From Octopus vulgaris (lineage: Eukaryota): a stretch of DNA of 64,000 nt. How positions within the stretch are numbered: position 1 is the first letter of the stretch; the number at the start of each line of letters is the position of its first letter. The position numbers were made by a program, and so were the translations under genes. The DNA lies in the NCBI GenBank assembly GCA_951406725.2, contig OX597833.1, positions 21,762,001 through 21,826,000 of the forward strand, in the 5' to 3' direction. The notes below the pieces were generated by a model, which was not told where the DNA came from, did not search any database, and saw only the letters and a program-made list of their open reading frames with translations. Positions 1 to 11,230 of the stretch are shown piece after piece.

Positions 1-260
1 TTCATATAAATTAAGGCACGCATGCATATGTATAGTATATATATACATACATATAACATATATATATGTCTCACCCAGAGAGGATCTGGAATAGCGTCAT
101 GTGAATATGAATGCACACATGTCCAAATACGATTTACAGACAAGTAGCTGACGTGTGGTGGAATTGACAGACAGCTAGCTAGCTAAATAGATAGATATAA
201 GGACAACTAGACAGACGAGAGATTCTAGGCGGGGCGGGTGAACAGACAGGCAAACAGACG

Positions 261-271
261 GATAGATAGAC

Positions 272-337
<66 letters not shown>
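261..337. repeat. (GATA)n microsatellite
   Basis: Long run of gata units; source of the spurious LSIY ORF. Confidence 0.95.
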
Positions 338-338
<1 letters not shown>

Positions 339-742
339 CAGACAGAGAGAGAGGGATAGAAACAGACAGAAGGCTCAGCGTATACATAGCTAATTGTGTC
401 CCACCAATAGATAACTTCAACAGCTGCTAAAATTAAGTGTGTGTATAAGTATGTGAGCGCGCGCGCGTTAGGTGTGCGTACGTGCGTGTGTGTGTGCGAG
501 GAAAAGAAAAGAGAGATAGAAAGAAAATAGGAAGGGGGAAGGTGAATGTCAATGCTTTATCACACACACACACACACACATATGTTACTGCACATGTCAT
601 GTGTACTCTCACACACATACATACACACGTTGTCTGTCGATAGTACACAACCACTAGTTCTCTCGACGAAGTCTTGTAAACTTTTCGCTTAGTGTGACGT
701 AATAGACGGGACAGACCTTCGTTTATATATATATGTATATAT

Positions 743-1094
743 ACTCTTTACTCTGTTTTACTTGTTTCAGTCATTTACTGTGGCCATGCTGGAGCAACGC
801 CTTTAGTCGAGCAAATCGACCCCAGGACTTATTCTTCGTAAGCCTAGTTAGTACTTATTCTATCGGTCTCTTTTGCCGAACCGCTAAGTTACGGAGGCGT
901 AAACATACCAGCATCAGTTGTCAAGCATATATACATATATACGACAGGCTTCTTTCAGTTTCCGTCTACAAAATCCACTCACAATGCTTTGGTCGGCCCG
1001 AGGCTATAGTAGAAGACACTTGCCCAAGGTGCCACCAAGTGGGAATGAACCCGGAACCATGTGGTTGGTAAGCAAGCTACTTACGACACAGCCA
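743..1094 (-). mobile_element. tRNA-derived SINE family A, near full length
   Basis: Minus strand reads A-box-like TGGCTGTGTCGTAAG, B-box GGTTCATTCC, CORE-like CACCTTGGGCAAGTG, internal (TA)n and a GAGTAAA-type tail. Over 20 copies in the window. Confidence 0.9.
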
Positions 1095-1139
1095 TATATA
1101 TATATATATATATATATATCGTTTCTTTGTTTTAGTTAT

Positions 1140-1534
1140 CTGTGTACTTGTTTCAGACATTAGACTGCGGCCATGCTAGAGTACCGCCTTGAGGAATTTT
1201 TAGTCGAATGAATCGATATCAGTACTTATTTTGTTGTTGTTGTTAAGCCTGGTACTTACGCTATCGGTCACTTTTGCCGAACCGCTAAGTTACGCGGACG
1301 TAAACACACTAACGGCGGTTGTCAAGCGGTGGTGGGGACAAAAAAGAACACAAAGACATACACATGGGTGTGTGAATAATACACACATATTGTGGTAAGA
1401 AGCTTAGTTCCCAACCACATGGTTCCGGGTTCATTCCCACTGCGTGGCAGCTTGGCCAAATATCTTCCACTATAGCCTCGGGCATACCAAAGCCTTATGA
1501 GTGAATTTGGTAGACGGCAAATGAAAGAACCCCG

Positions 1535-1594
<60 letters not shown>

Positions 1595-1945
1595 CCGTGC
1601 CCGAGGCTATAGTAGACGACACTTGCCCAAGGTGCCACGCAGTGGGACTGAACCCGGAACCATGTGGTTGGCAAGGAAGCTACTTACCACACAGCCACAC
1701 CTGCGTTTCAGCCCAAAAGATTGTGGCCATGCTGGGACACCGCCAGTATTATCAACTTATATGCACACACACACACACACGAGACAGGCTTCTACATTGT
1801 TTCCGCCAACCAAATCACAACGCATCCGTCGCCCCGCGGCCATTGCATAAGACTCTTGCCCAAGATTCTCGCGCAGTGGAACTGAACCCGAAACTACCAA
1901 GTTTCAAAACGAGCTCCTTAACCCACACCACCAGCCGTTGCATGT
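1140..1945. mobile_element. Cluster of SINE A fragments in both orientations
   Basis: 3' half on minus (1140-1365), head on plus (1390-1535), head and degenerate copy on minus (1598-1945), separated by (TA)n(TG)n. Confidence 0.85.
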
Positions 1946-2208
1946 GCATGTAAAGTGCATTTGCGCGTGTAGTTAAATTGTGAATAAGCCTGCATGCGTA
2001 CGTTCAGTAAATATTACAACTAGCTTCGCTGCAGTTACTTATACCCTGTGGTTAAGCCACAGGAGTACATTTGCAGAACGAAACCAGAAGAAAATTGCTC
2101 TTCATTCTGTTCTACAGATAAAGCCTTATGTTTAAACCACGGGGCGTATTTGCGCAGCGAAGCTAGATGTAAACGTTATTAGACATTCGTAGATAAACAT
2201 GTTTACAG

Positions 2209-2242
<34 letters not shown>

Positions 2243-2267
2243 CACACACACACACACACAACACAAA

Positions 2268-2481
2268 GGCGGCGAGGTCGCAGAATCGTTAGCACACCGG
2301 GCGAAATGCTTAGCAGTATTTTGTCTGCCGCAACGGTGTGAGTTGAAATTCTGCCGAGGTCGACTTTGCCTTTCATCCTTTCGGGATCGATGAATTAAGT
2401 ACCAGGGGAGTGCTGGGGTCGATGTGATCGACTGTCCCCCCTCCCCACAAAATCCAGGCCTTGTGCTTTTGTAGAAAGGAT
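2268..2481 (+). mobile_element. tRNA-derived SINE family B
   Basis: GGCGGCGAG head, then GAGTTGAAATTC and the conserved body GAGGTCGACTTTGCCTTTCATCCTTTCGGG.TCGAT; many copies in the window. Confidence 0.9.
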
Positions 2482-2489
2482 ACTCACAT

Positions 2490-2688
2490 ATTGTAGCCGT
2501 TATCCCAACATGTATTTCTAATCGGTATGTCTTCACTAGTTTGAAGAGATTGATCTTATGATGATTTTAATTTTATAAACGAATTATTTAAAGATTACTG
2601 AATCGAAACAGCTGTCAGAGATGTTGTTATATTTTATAATTCATAGAAAATATTTTATTACTTACCTCTCCATTTTCTCCTTACTATA
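2490..2688 (+). mobile_element. Penelope-like terminal fragment with degenerate hammerhead motif
   Basis: CTTATGATGATT...AATC-GAAA-CAGCTG-TC-AG, with palindromic stem III; ends in (TA)n. Confidence 0.5.
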
Positions 2689-2692
2689 TATA

Positions 2693-3590
2693 CTAGCTGA
2701 CGTACCGGTAATTCCCGGGAAAGCGGGGCTTATCCCTTGGTTCCGTTCTCATAATTGTTTCGCTAATCCAATAACAACAACACAAAGTATGTAGCCCTTA
2801 AAACGGTTTTTGTGTATTAATAGAGAATACCGAACTGACTTACACAGGATCTTGTATTTAGTAATTCCCAATAAGTTATGAAAACCCAAATTGTGAAGTC
2901 AGTTATATAATAACATGACATTAGTTACCCGATAGTAAGAATTCAAATAAAGTAGCCACGAAAAGGGGTTTAATGCGTTCCCAGAGTATATAGAACTTAG
3001 GAGGAAATTCTAATAAGGTACGTATACTAAAATCGTGAAGCATGTTTCGTTTTAACAGGCTAATCAGATATGAGATAATAACAATTCAAAGTAAATAACT
3101 CTGAAAAGGGCTTTTGTGCGTTCCCAGAGAATATTACTCTAGCGGCGCTAGTGTTGGTATATTCGTGAATAAGTTACTAACCGAAATAAGTGGATCTATT
3201 GTTTAGGAAAATACTATTTACTTATTTAAGGGTTGTACTGGATAAATTGCGAAAATAACTCTAACAGTTCAAATAATAAGAAATAAGCATAGTGAATTTC
3301 ATTTTTAGGAAAATGAATGGGTTATTTCCCTTGGCTATATATAAGGATCCCTTCCTGTGGCGAATGGGTATTTCCCTTGGTTTTTAAAATAAAATATTTT
3401 AGATATATATATAAGGATCCATTCCAGGGGCCCTATTATCGATTTTCTCAAATATCTGAGTATGTCATGAGGTTTCCAGACAGGAGTTCTACTCACGTGT
3501 CAAGTTTCATCAAAGTCGATAAAACGATGTAGGAGGAGTTAGCTAACAACTCCACAAACACACCCACAGACAAAATTTCCCACAAATGTA

Positions 3591-3595
<5 letters not shown>
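2693..3595 (-). mobile_element. Non-autonomous Helitron family H1, copy 1
   Basis: Minus strand ends in a hairpin (CCCGGGAATTACCGG), then CTAG|T. Colinear with 29190-30059; both ends lie in (TA)n. Confidence 0.8.
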
Positions 3596-3647
<52 letters not shown>

Positions 3648-3649
3648 TA

Positions 3650-4520
3650 TATCGCTTAGGCTAGAATTCAATATACATATGCTTCTGAACGAAGCGCTAA
3701 TCGAGTACAGAGTATTAGGTAATAAGAACAAAGAGATGACACATGAATAAACGAATTTGTTATGAACTTCAATGGCTTAAAGATGTTTCCGCTAGAGTAT
3801 GCGGTGGACTCACAGTTGAGTGCCTCGGCGCCTAATTTATTTCAGTTTGTTCGTATGTCCGCATTTCGTTTTTGTCCCTCGTCCTCTCCCGTCCACTAAT
3901 AGTCTCGTCTTGAAACACATTTTATTCATGTTTGTATGTCCACTTTCAGTATAGCATATTTAGTTATTTCTTGTTTGCTTACTCTCTTTTACTCTTTAAT
4001 TTGTTTCAGTCATTTGACTGCGGCCGTGCTGGAGCACCGCCTTTAGTCGAGCAAATCGACTCCGGGACTTATTCTTTGTAACCCCAGTACTTATTCTATC
4101 GGTCTCTTTTGCCGAACCGCTATGTGACGGAGACGTAAACACACCAGCATCGGTTGTCAAGCAATGCTAGGGGGACAAACACAGACACACAAACACACAC
4201 ATATATATACATATATACGACAGGCTTCTTTCAGTTTCCGTCTACCAAATCCACTCACAAGGCATTGGTCGGCCTGGGGCTATAGCAGAAGACACTTGCC
4301 CAAGATGCCACGCAGTGGGACTGAACCCGGAACCATGTGGTTGGTTAGCAAGCTACCACTTTCTGTCATGTTTGGTCCCTTGTTCGTTGGCTCGCCATTT
4401 CCCGGTGGCTTCGTGCTATCGACACCACCAGAAGGGGAGTAATATTATGGTTGAAGGCGCGAAATTGACCCTCTGGCCGATAACTGATGAGGATTTGGTG
4501 ACCTTATGTTGTTTTTTTTT
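3650..4520 (-). mobile_element. Decayed repeat related to the hammerhead-bearing element at 13630-13900, interrupted by a SINE A
   Basis: 3760-3820 (ttatgaacttca...gtttc...ggactcacagttgag) aligns with 13672-13735. Confidence 0.45.
3981..4356 (-). mobile_element. SINE A, nested
   Basis: Same body, internal (CA)/(TA) microsatellite and tail as 10538-10949. Confidence 0.92.
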
Positions 4521-4757
4521 AACACAGATGCATACACACGCACATGCATAAATGCATTAGATACGTTCCGCTTGCGTAGAATACGTAGGCAACGCCTACG
4601 GAGAATTTAGACTCATAAAATATTAATAATTGGATATAAATAAAATAACAATGATTTCCAATTCATTCAGGAAATGTTAATTTATGTACATTATTTTGTA
4701 TAGAACTCATTAAATGGTTTATATTTTGTAATTAGATTGGCATGGTTTTCTGTACGC

Positions 4758-4791
<34 letters not shown>

Positions 4792-4891
4792 TGATGCAGT
4801 TGTGTTTGCAAGATCCTTGATGTGGAATCATGTTGATTGATGCTAACTGGAAAAATAGAACTCAAAATATGAATTTTTCTTAACATTTAGC

Positions 4892-4994
4892 AGAAGCAAC
4901 AGAGTGACTCAAGAGCCGAGAGTTTCCTATATTAGCTCTAATTAAACAGTGCCAGTTTCGAAACTCTCGGCCCTCGAGTCACTCTGTTGCCTCT
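4892..4994. repeat. 35-bp inverted repeat containing a hammerhead 3' half
   Basis: Arms 4892-4926 and 4960-4994 with 3 transitions; the right arm reads GAAA-CTC...GAG-TC. Confidence 0.75.
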
Positions 4995-5474
4995 CCTATA
5001 TATTAATATTATGGGTCCAGCACACTTCCGTTGCGTCACTCTGTCGTATGAATCTATATAAACCCATAATCTGTGAATTAAGCTTCAAGATACATTAAAT
5101 GTCTTAAATAGCAAAATGATTTCTGCCTTTTCCTTCTTAATATCATCAGAGACAAGGTTACACGTGTATTACATGTCAATTCATCAAAATCCGATTGTCT
5201 CCATTTCACAAGTAGACAAGCCATACGCAATGTCCTTGGGACTGTTGTTATGCAGTCCCAAGTCAGCCCTGTATCCAAGTCGTTCCGGTCGTGACCACCC
5301 TCACTTTTTGTATATCTATGATCTCGTTGTCCGTGTCATTTTTAAGACTGTGAGAGTACATTATAGAATGCATTCTTCCTTTATTTTCAGAATGTAAGCT
5401 GTTATTGGGGGAAATTTGACTGTTATTTCTAGCTGTCAGGTCGAGTGGCCGCACAAAACCTCAATCCACCGCCA

Positions 5475-5766
5475 CAGTGATTCCTAAACTTTTTCAGGCT
5501 GCTGCCCCCATGGTACCCAGGCCACATCCCTAACAGCCCTTACATACACACACACACACTACCACAAACATTGACCACATTCTGCCACAAATTCAAAACA
5601 ACTGTATTTCACAAATAAAACAACCTTATCAACCCTTTTTTTTTTTTGACGGGGTTGCAAACATTGCCCCTTTTTGCCCTCCCGATTATCTTCGCACTTT
5701 TCTTTGCCCCCCTGCACCTTTCCACTTCCGCCAAGGGAACAATACCACCCACTTTGGGAACCATTG
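5475..5766 (+). mobile_element. hAT-like MITE
   Basis: TIRs CAGTGATTCCTAAAC / ACTTTGGGAACCATTG; homologous to 34293-34594. Confidence 0.8.
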
Positions 5767-5789
5767 GTGTAGTTCAATCTCAGGTCAGT

Positions 5790-6965
5790 CATCTTGTAGG
5801 ATGACCTATGATCAAAGGCGTTCCAGCAATGACCATTCCCTATTTTTCAAATCCCCTCCTACACACATACACACAATTATCTTCCACCCTTAAAACGACA
5901 CGATGTAACGTGGAGAAAGATCTGGCTGCCACTTCTAGTATGTGTGGTGTTCCAATCATGACCATCCCGTGCTACATCTAAGACTACACTATCCAATGTA
6001 ACTTGCACCAGTCCACCTTTCTTCAAATACCAACACCACTATCTCCCATCTTTAAGACGATGCGATGCTACTTGGGAAGATCTGGCTGCTATATCTAGCA
6101 TGTCCTATGACCGCATAATATAATGTTCTTCATCCACTATCGATGGCTGCTATTTCTAGCATGTGGCCATCCCGTGTTTTTCAGGCCTGCTACATCTAAG
6201 ACTACACTATCCAATGTAACTTGGGATCTGTGAGATGGTACAAATCCGTAACTTGCACCAGTCCACCTCTATCAACTCCAACACCAACAACAACACCACT
6301 ATCTCCCATCTTTAAGACGATGCGGGAAAGACCCCCGGCCCCCCCCAAAAAAGAATATGTTTATTTTTGTAATTTTTTTTTGCCAAAAATCCCCGTTTTC
6401 GGATACGGAGGTTCCGGAAAATTGCCAAAAGTCGGCATTGTGAAATTTTCCCGCCCTTTCCCTCCACGCAACTTCTTCAATTTTGACTTTTTCCCCCAAC
6501 ACTAACCCTAAAACCGTAACCCTAACACTAAAACGCTAACCCTAACCCTAACCCTAAAACCGTAACCGTAAGTACAGAAATTATGTCCAAATCATGATGT
6601 AAGTTTTTCGCATATTTAGAAAAAAAAAATTTTTTTTTCTTTAATTTTACAAAGATATTTGGAAATTTTTTTCAGAATCATAATCTTTTCCGCAAATTTT
6701 GAAAAAAGTTAAAAAGGAAGGAAATGGAGGTGGGGTGGTGGTAATTTAGAAATGTCGATTTTTGCCAATTTGCTTGCAGATTCGTATTCCTTGCAGCCGA
6801 AAAGAGGGGTGGTTTTGTGCAAAAAAAAATTTTAAGGGTGGTTTGGGGGGGGGGAGTCTTGCCCGATGCGATGCTACTGGGGGAAGATCTGGCTGCTATT
6901 TCTAGCATGTCCCGTGACCGCGTAATATAATGCTCTTCTCCCACTATCAATGGCTATTTTTTCCA
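5790..6965 (+). repeat. Locally duplicated copies of dispersed repeat family D
   Basis: The motif chain ATGATCAAAGGCGTTCCAG...ATCCAATGT...TTTAAGACG...GATCTGGCTGCTATTTCTAGC recurs. 5970-6165 is duplicated as 6189-6323 plus 6870-6965. Further copies near 5130, 11250, 11900, 24760, 30820, 32230, 43370, 50750 and 56000. Confidence 0.75.
6324..6864 (+). mobile_element. MITE family T1 with internal CCCTAA repeats and 5-bp TSD
   Basis: TIRs GGGAAAGAC / GTCTTGCCC; GATGC is duplicated relative to the empty paralogous site at 6051-6070; CCCTAA-variant array at 6500-6570. Confidence 0.85.
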
Positions 6966-7320
6966 GCTCGACAAACGCAGACCTTTGACAACCAAATTCT
7001 CTACGCCAGCGTCCTAGTTTCCGTGTGGCACCAACCTGGCACCATAGAGATACTTCCAGCTGCAACTGTCAAAGGACTCAGTAATAATGAGTCAACAACA
7101 CTTTCACGGACAATAGCAGATGGATACGTGTATGTGTGTGTATGTGTGTATTTGTGTGTGTGTGCGCGTGTGGCTATGTAATTATATACATACACTCGCA
7201 TATCAACAATGTAATTATCCAGATGCGAATATATAATTACCATACATTTATACAATTACAAATATATTACGTGTATGTGTACGCATGCTTGTAAATGTGT
7301 GCGTATGTATATGTATATTC

Positions 7321-7376
<56 letters not shown>

Positions 7377-7547
7377 GTGTGTGTATCTGTATAAATGTAT
7401 GTATGTATATGTAAATGTATGTACATATGCAAGCGTGTGTGTTTCATTATCGACGCAAAATGTTAACCAAGATATTTGCTTATCCGTTCTGCTGTGGCTT
7501 TCATCCTTTCAGAATCAATAATATAAGTACCAGTGAAGTACTGGGTC

Positions 7548-7614
7548 ATAGCTCCGGGCCAACCAAAGCCTTGTGAGAGGATAAGGTAGACGGAAACTGA
7601 AAGATGCCCGTCGA

Positions 7615-7652
<38 letters not shown>

Positions 7653-7900
7653 GTGTATGCATGTATCTATCTATGTGTATATGTCTTTGTGTCTGTGTTT
7701 GTCCCATCACCACTTGACAACCGGTTTTGGTGTGTTTATCTCCCTGTAACTTAGCGGTTCGGCAAAGAGACCGATAAAATAAGTACTAGGCTTATAAAAA
7801 TTAAGTCCTGGGGGTAGATTTCTTCGACTAAAAAAAAAAAAAAACTTCAAGGTGCTGCTCCAGTATGGCTGCAGTCAAATGATTTAAACAAGCAAAAGAA
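7548..7900 (+). mobile_element. SINE A, 5' truncated
   Basis: Body, internal (TA)(TG) run and tail match family A. Confidence 0.88.
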
Positions 7901-8227
7901 TAGGACCCGGAATGATTTTTGAGATATTTTTGGGAGAAAAAATGCGTCTCATATGCTATCAAATAGGGTAACTGCTATGTCTTCATACAATCAGGATTGT
8001 CTTTTCCTTATTGGAATAGTAACTCTGAAGAATTATTGATTACTGGGAATATCTCCTCTTCTCATTCTGAGTTGGTGTGAATTGCCACATGGCGATTTGC
8101 TCCACTTTCCTTGGATGTGAAAACAATTTCAGTAAATCAAGAGTATATTTTGTATGGTATTTAATATACCTTTCTTTGTATTTTTTTGTACAAATTCCTA
8201 GGAGGGCTGTGGGAGACAGAATCCTCT

Positions 8228-8436
8228 GGCGATCTGGCCGAATCGTTAGCACGCCGGGCGAAATGTTTAGCGGTATTTCGTCTGCCGTCACGTTCTGAGT
8301 TCAAATTTCGCCGAGGTCGACTTTGCCTTTCATCCTTTCGGGGTCGATAAATTAAGTACCAGTCACGTACTGGGATCAATGTAATCGATCCGTTTGTCCC
8401 CTCTATGTTTAGCCCCTTGTGGGCAATAAAGAAATA
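8228..8436 (+). mobile_element. SINE B with target-site duplication
   Basis: Flanked by AGAATCCTCT at 8218-8227 and 8437-8446. Confidence 0.92.
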
Positions 8437-8672
8437 AGAATCCTCTGACACCTCCTCCATAGAGTCCCATCAGAAGCAACCGTCATTACGCTTTCCGCCA
8501 AGATTTCCAAGTGCGGCCAGCTGAAACTATAGACATTAGCCAACCACCTAAGTTCTACCCTTAGGTTTCCTACCGGGTTGGCTCGGCTTGAAGAATACAT
8601 CTTGCGATCCTTTCCTGCGAATCCTAATCGTGTGTCCGTAGGACCGGAGTTGTGACCTCTCAATGCAGAGAA

Positions 8673-8828
8673 GTTGCAGCTCGAGCTATAAAAAATTTTT
8701 TTTTTAAACTCCCTGTTCTCCGAGTTATACGACCTGTCAAAAAACGTTGGGACCCCTCAATGCGATGTTGCAGCTCGAACTAAAAAGACTCCCCTTTCTC
8801 CGAGCCATGCACCCTGTCGAGAAACGTT
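8673..8828 (+). repeat. Imperfect direct repeat (two units about 90 bp apart)
   Basis: GTTGCAGCTCGA...ACTCCC..TCTCCGAG...CCTGTC..AAACGTT occurs twice. Confidence 0.65.
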
Positions 8829-9013
8829 ACACCAAAGTGACCGACTTGTGAAATCGCCCAGGCAACGATTTGATTCAGGCTTTATTTCCAAACCGAATAG
8901 ATCGAGTGACCTTGTTTGCAAGAGAAACACATCAAGGGCTCGCTCTCATTTAATGCAGTTGGAGTTTTAAACTAAAAGACGATCGCAGAGATCATTCCAT
9001 TGGTACCACTGCG

Positions 9014-9258
9014 TTTTTAACGCCATTGCTTCGTGAAATGGTTTCACGTGGAAAGTTACTCAATATTTGCGGTTAATTACACTGGAGCGGCACTTTATCA
9101 GAATTGCATTTACGGGTGTGCTCTTACATTGTACATAGCACTATGTAGGAATACATCTCTTGATCCCAAGCAGATAAAGTGCCACTCCAATGTAATCAAC
9201 CGCAAATATTGTGTAACTTTTCACGTGAAATCTTTTACGAAGCAAATGGCGTAAAAAA
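9014..9258. repeat. Long inverted repeat (about 85-bp arms), probable old MITE
   Basis: 9014-9099 is the imperfect reverse complement of 9173-9258, with a loop of about 75 nt. Confidence 0.85.
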
Positions 9259-9922
9259 GAGGAGCAGTACCAAAACACTTGTAAGTAGCAATAGAAATGC
9301 GCTAAACGCATTCTTCCTCCTCCTTCTCATTAAGATTATACATTACTCTTCATAAGACCCACACATTAATGTCATATTAAAACGGCTCGATTTAGTTACA
9401 ATCTAATAGAGCAGCGTTTCTCATAAGATGCGAGCTTGTCCCACACTATAACGAAGACAGAAGAACTATATAAATACGCAAACACTATTTTTGTCTTATC
9501 TTTAATACAGAGAGGAGGGTAAAAAAAATTCTGTAATATTTGTGGGGTGGGGAGATGGGTGAGGTGCTGGTATTTGAGAACTCCTGCAGTACAGAAGCAT
9601 AACGTTACGTTATACCACTAACACCATCAATGACTACTACTAACGAGTTGGTAACATTATCTAGCTAGTATTATTACACACACAGGGTCTATCTATCACA
9701 CGCGCACATAATTTCTATCTTTCCCACGTGCACATATTACCGGGCCATCATACACACCCATGCACATTATCTGGCGCTCAAATACACACATTATCATACC
9801 CACGCTCGCACAAACACACACATTAACATAAACACACACCTTATCTAGCTATCACAGACATATAAACATTATTTAGCCATCATAGACACACACACACACA
9901 CATTATCTAGCTGTCATCTCTC

Positions 9923-10301
9923 TCTATATAAACGGCAGTTTGTCTGTGCGTGTTTCTGTGTGTCTGTTTGCTTGTACCCTCACCCTGACCATGGCTTTCA
10001 ACCGATTCTGATGAAACTTGACACACACATAGCCCAATGTCATAATTCAAAACTAACGCAGCGAAAATTTTGAAAAGTTCCCCCAGTTCTGAAAAAATCG
10101 ATAAATTCGACATGGGGTCGAGAATCAGAAACATGAACCACAAACTGTCTAGGGGATGCAACTCCACCATTTTTAAATCTCAAAAAAAAAATTTACCATC
10201 ATTTTTTTCCATTTTTTTGCTATTTTTTTGCTATAACTCTCTGAAAATGCTTTATAGTTATTTCCCTTACAAACCTGAGCAACGCCGGGCGATACTGCTA
10301 G
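9923..10301 (+). mobile_element. Non-autonomous Helitron family H2
   Basis: 5' TCTATATA; 3' hairpin CCTGAGCAACGCCGGG, then CTAG|T. The 3' end is shared with the copies ending at 44632 and 62567. Confidence 0.82.
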
Positions 10302-10537
10302 TACACATATAAACATTATTTAGCGATCATGTAAACACATACACACACATCATTATCATCTAACTATCATACACACATACATTATCTATCATACATAGAA
10401 ACATTATCATACACACATACACATAACTTAGAGCTCAAGCGCGCGCACACACACGTACATCATCTAGCATGCAAATGGCTAAATAGTAAGTGGTTAGGAG
10501 CGTCGAACAAAATGCTTTTGCAGCATTTATGCAGTAT

Positions 10538-10949
10538 TACTCTTTACTCTTTTACTTGTTTCAGTCACTTGACTGCGGCCATGCTGGAGCACCGCCTTTA
10601 ATCGAACAACTCGACCCCGGGACTTATTCTTTTGTAAGCCCAGTACGTATTCTATCGGTCTCTTTTGCCGAACCGCTAAGTAACGGGGACATAAACACAC
10701 CAGCATCGGTTGTCAAGCAATGCTAGGGGGACAAACACAGACACACACGCACACACACACATATATATATATATATACATATATATGACAGGCTTCTTTC
10801 AGTTTCCGTCTACCAAATCCACTCACAAGGCTTTGGTCGGCCCGAGGCTATAGTAGAAGACACTTGCCCAAGGTGCCACGCATTGGGACTGAACCCGGAA
10901 CCATGTGGTTGGTAAACAAGCTACTTACCACACAGCCACTCCTGCGCCT
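10538..10949 (-). mobile_element. SINE A, full length, nested in a decayed SINE B
   Basis: Complete AGGCGCAGGAGTGGCTGTGTGG head through GAGTAAA tail. Flanks 10470-10537 and 10950-11045 rejoin into a degenerate SINE B. Confidence 0.95.
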
Positions 10950-11087
10950 TACATTATTCTGGCTCCTTACGTTATGGTTTCAAATTCCATCGAGATTGTC
11001 TTTGCTTTTTATCTTTCTGGGGTCCATAAATGAAGTATCAATCTATGAGTGATAGACTAAAACGAAAGATCGCCGACTAGAATAAAA

Positions 11088-11230
11088 GCACGGGTAATCT
11101 TCTTCGAGAAACGGGCCGCAAGAGACATGGATCATCATTAGACGGGCCGCACTTACTATAAGCATTCAAGGTAATTTTTCGAAAGATGTGTCATTCAGAA
11201 AAGACCCACGGGTCGCACTTGGCCCATGAA
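11088..11230 (-). mobile_element. Small hAT-like MITE, decayed
   Basis: CATGGGCCAA.TGCGACCCG...GCGGCCCG...CTCGAAGAAGATTACCCGTG on minus; related pieces at 24690-24744, 28556-28640 and 32547-32648. Confidence 0.55.

Noticed and set aside
4483-4510. CTGATGA hammerhead core (also at 21369 and 10008)
   Set aside because: No convincing stem II-GAAA-stem III-UH-stem I arrangement follows.
6500-6570. True telomere or chromosome fusion scar
   Set aside because: Short degenerate array inside a TIR element that recurs three times in the window.
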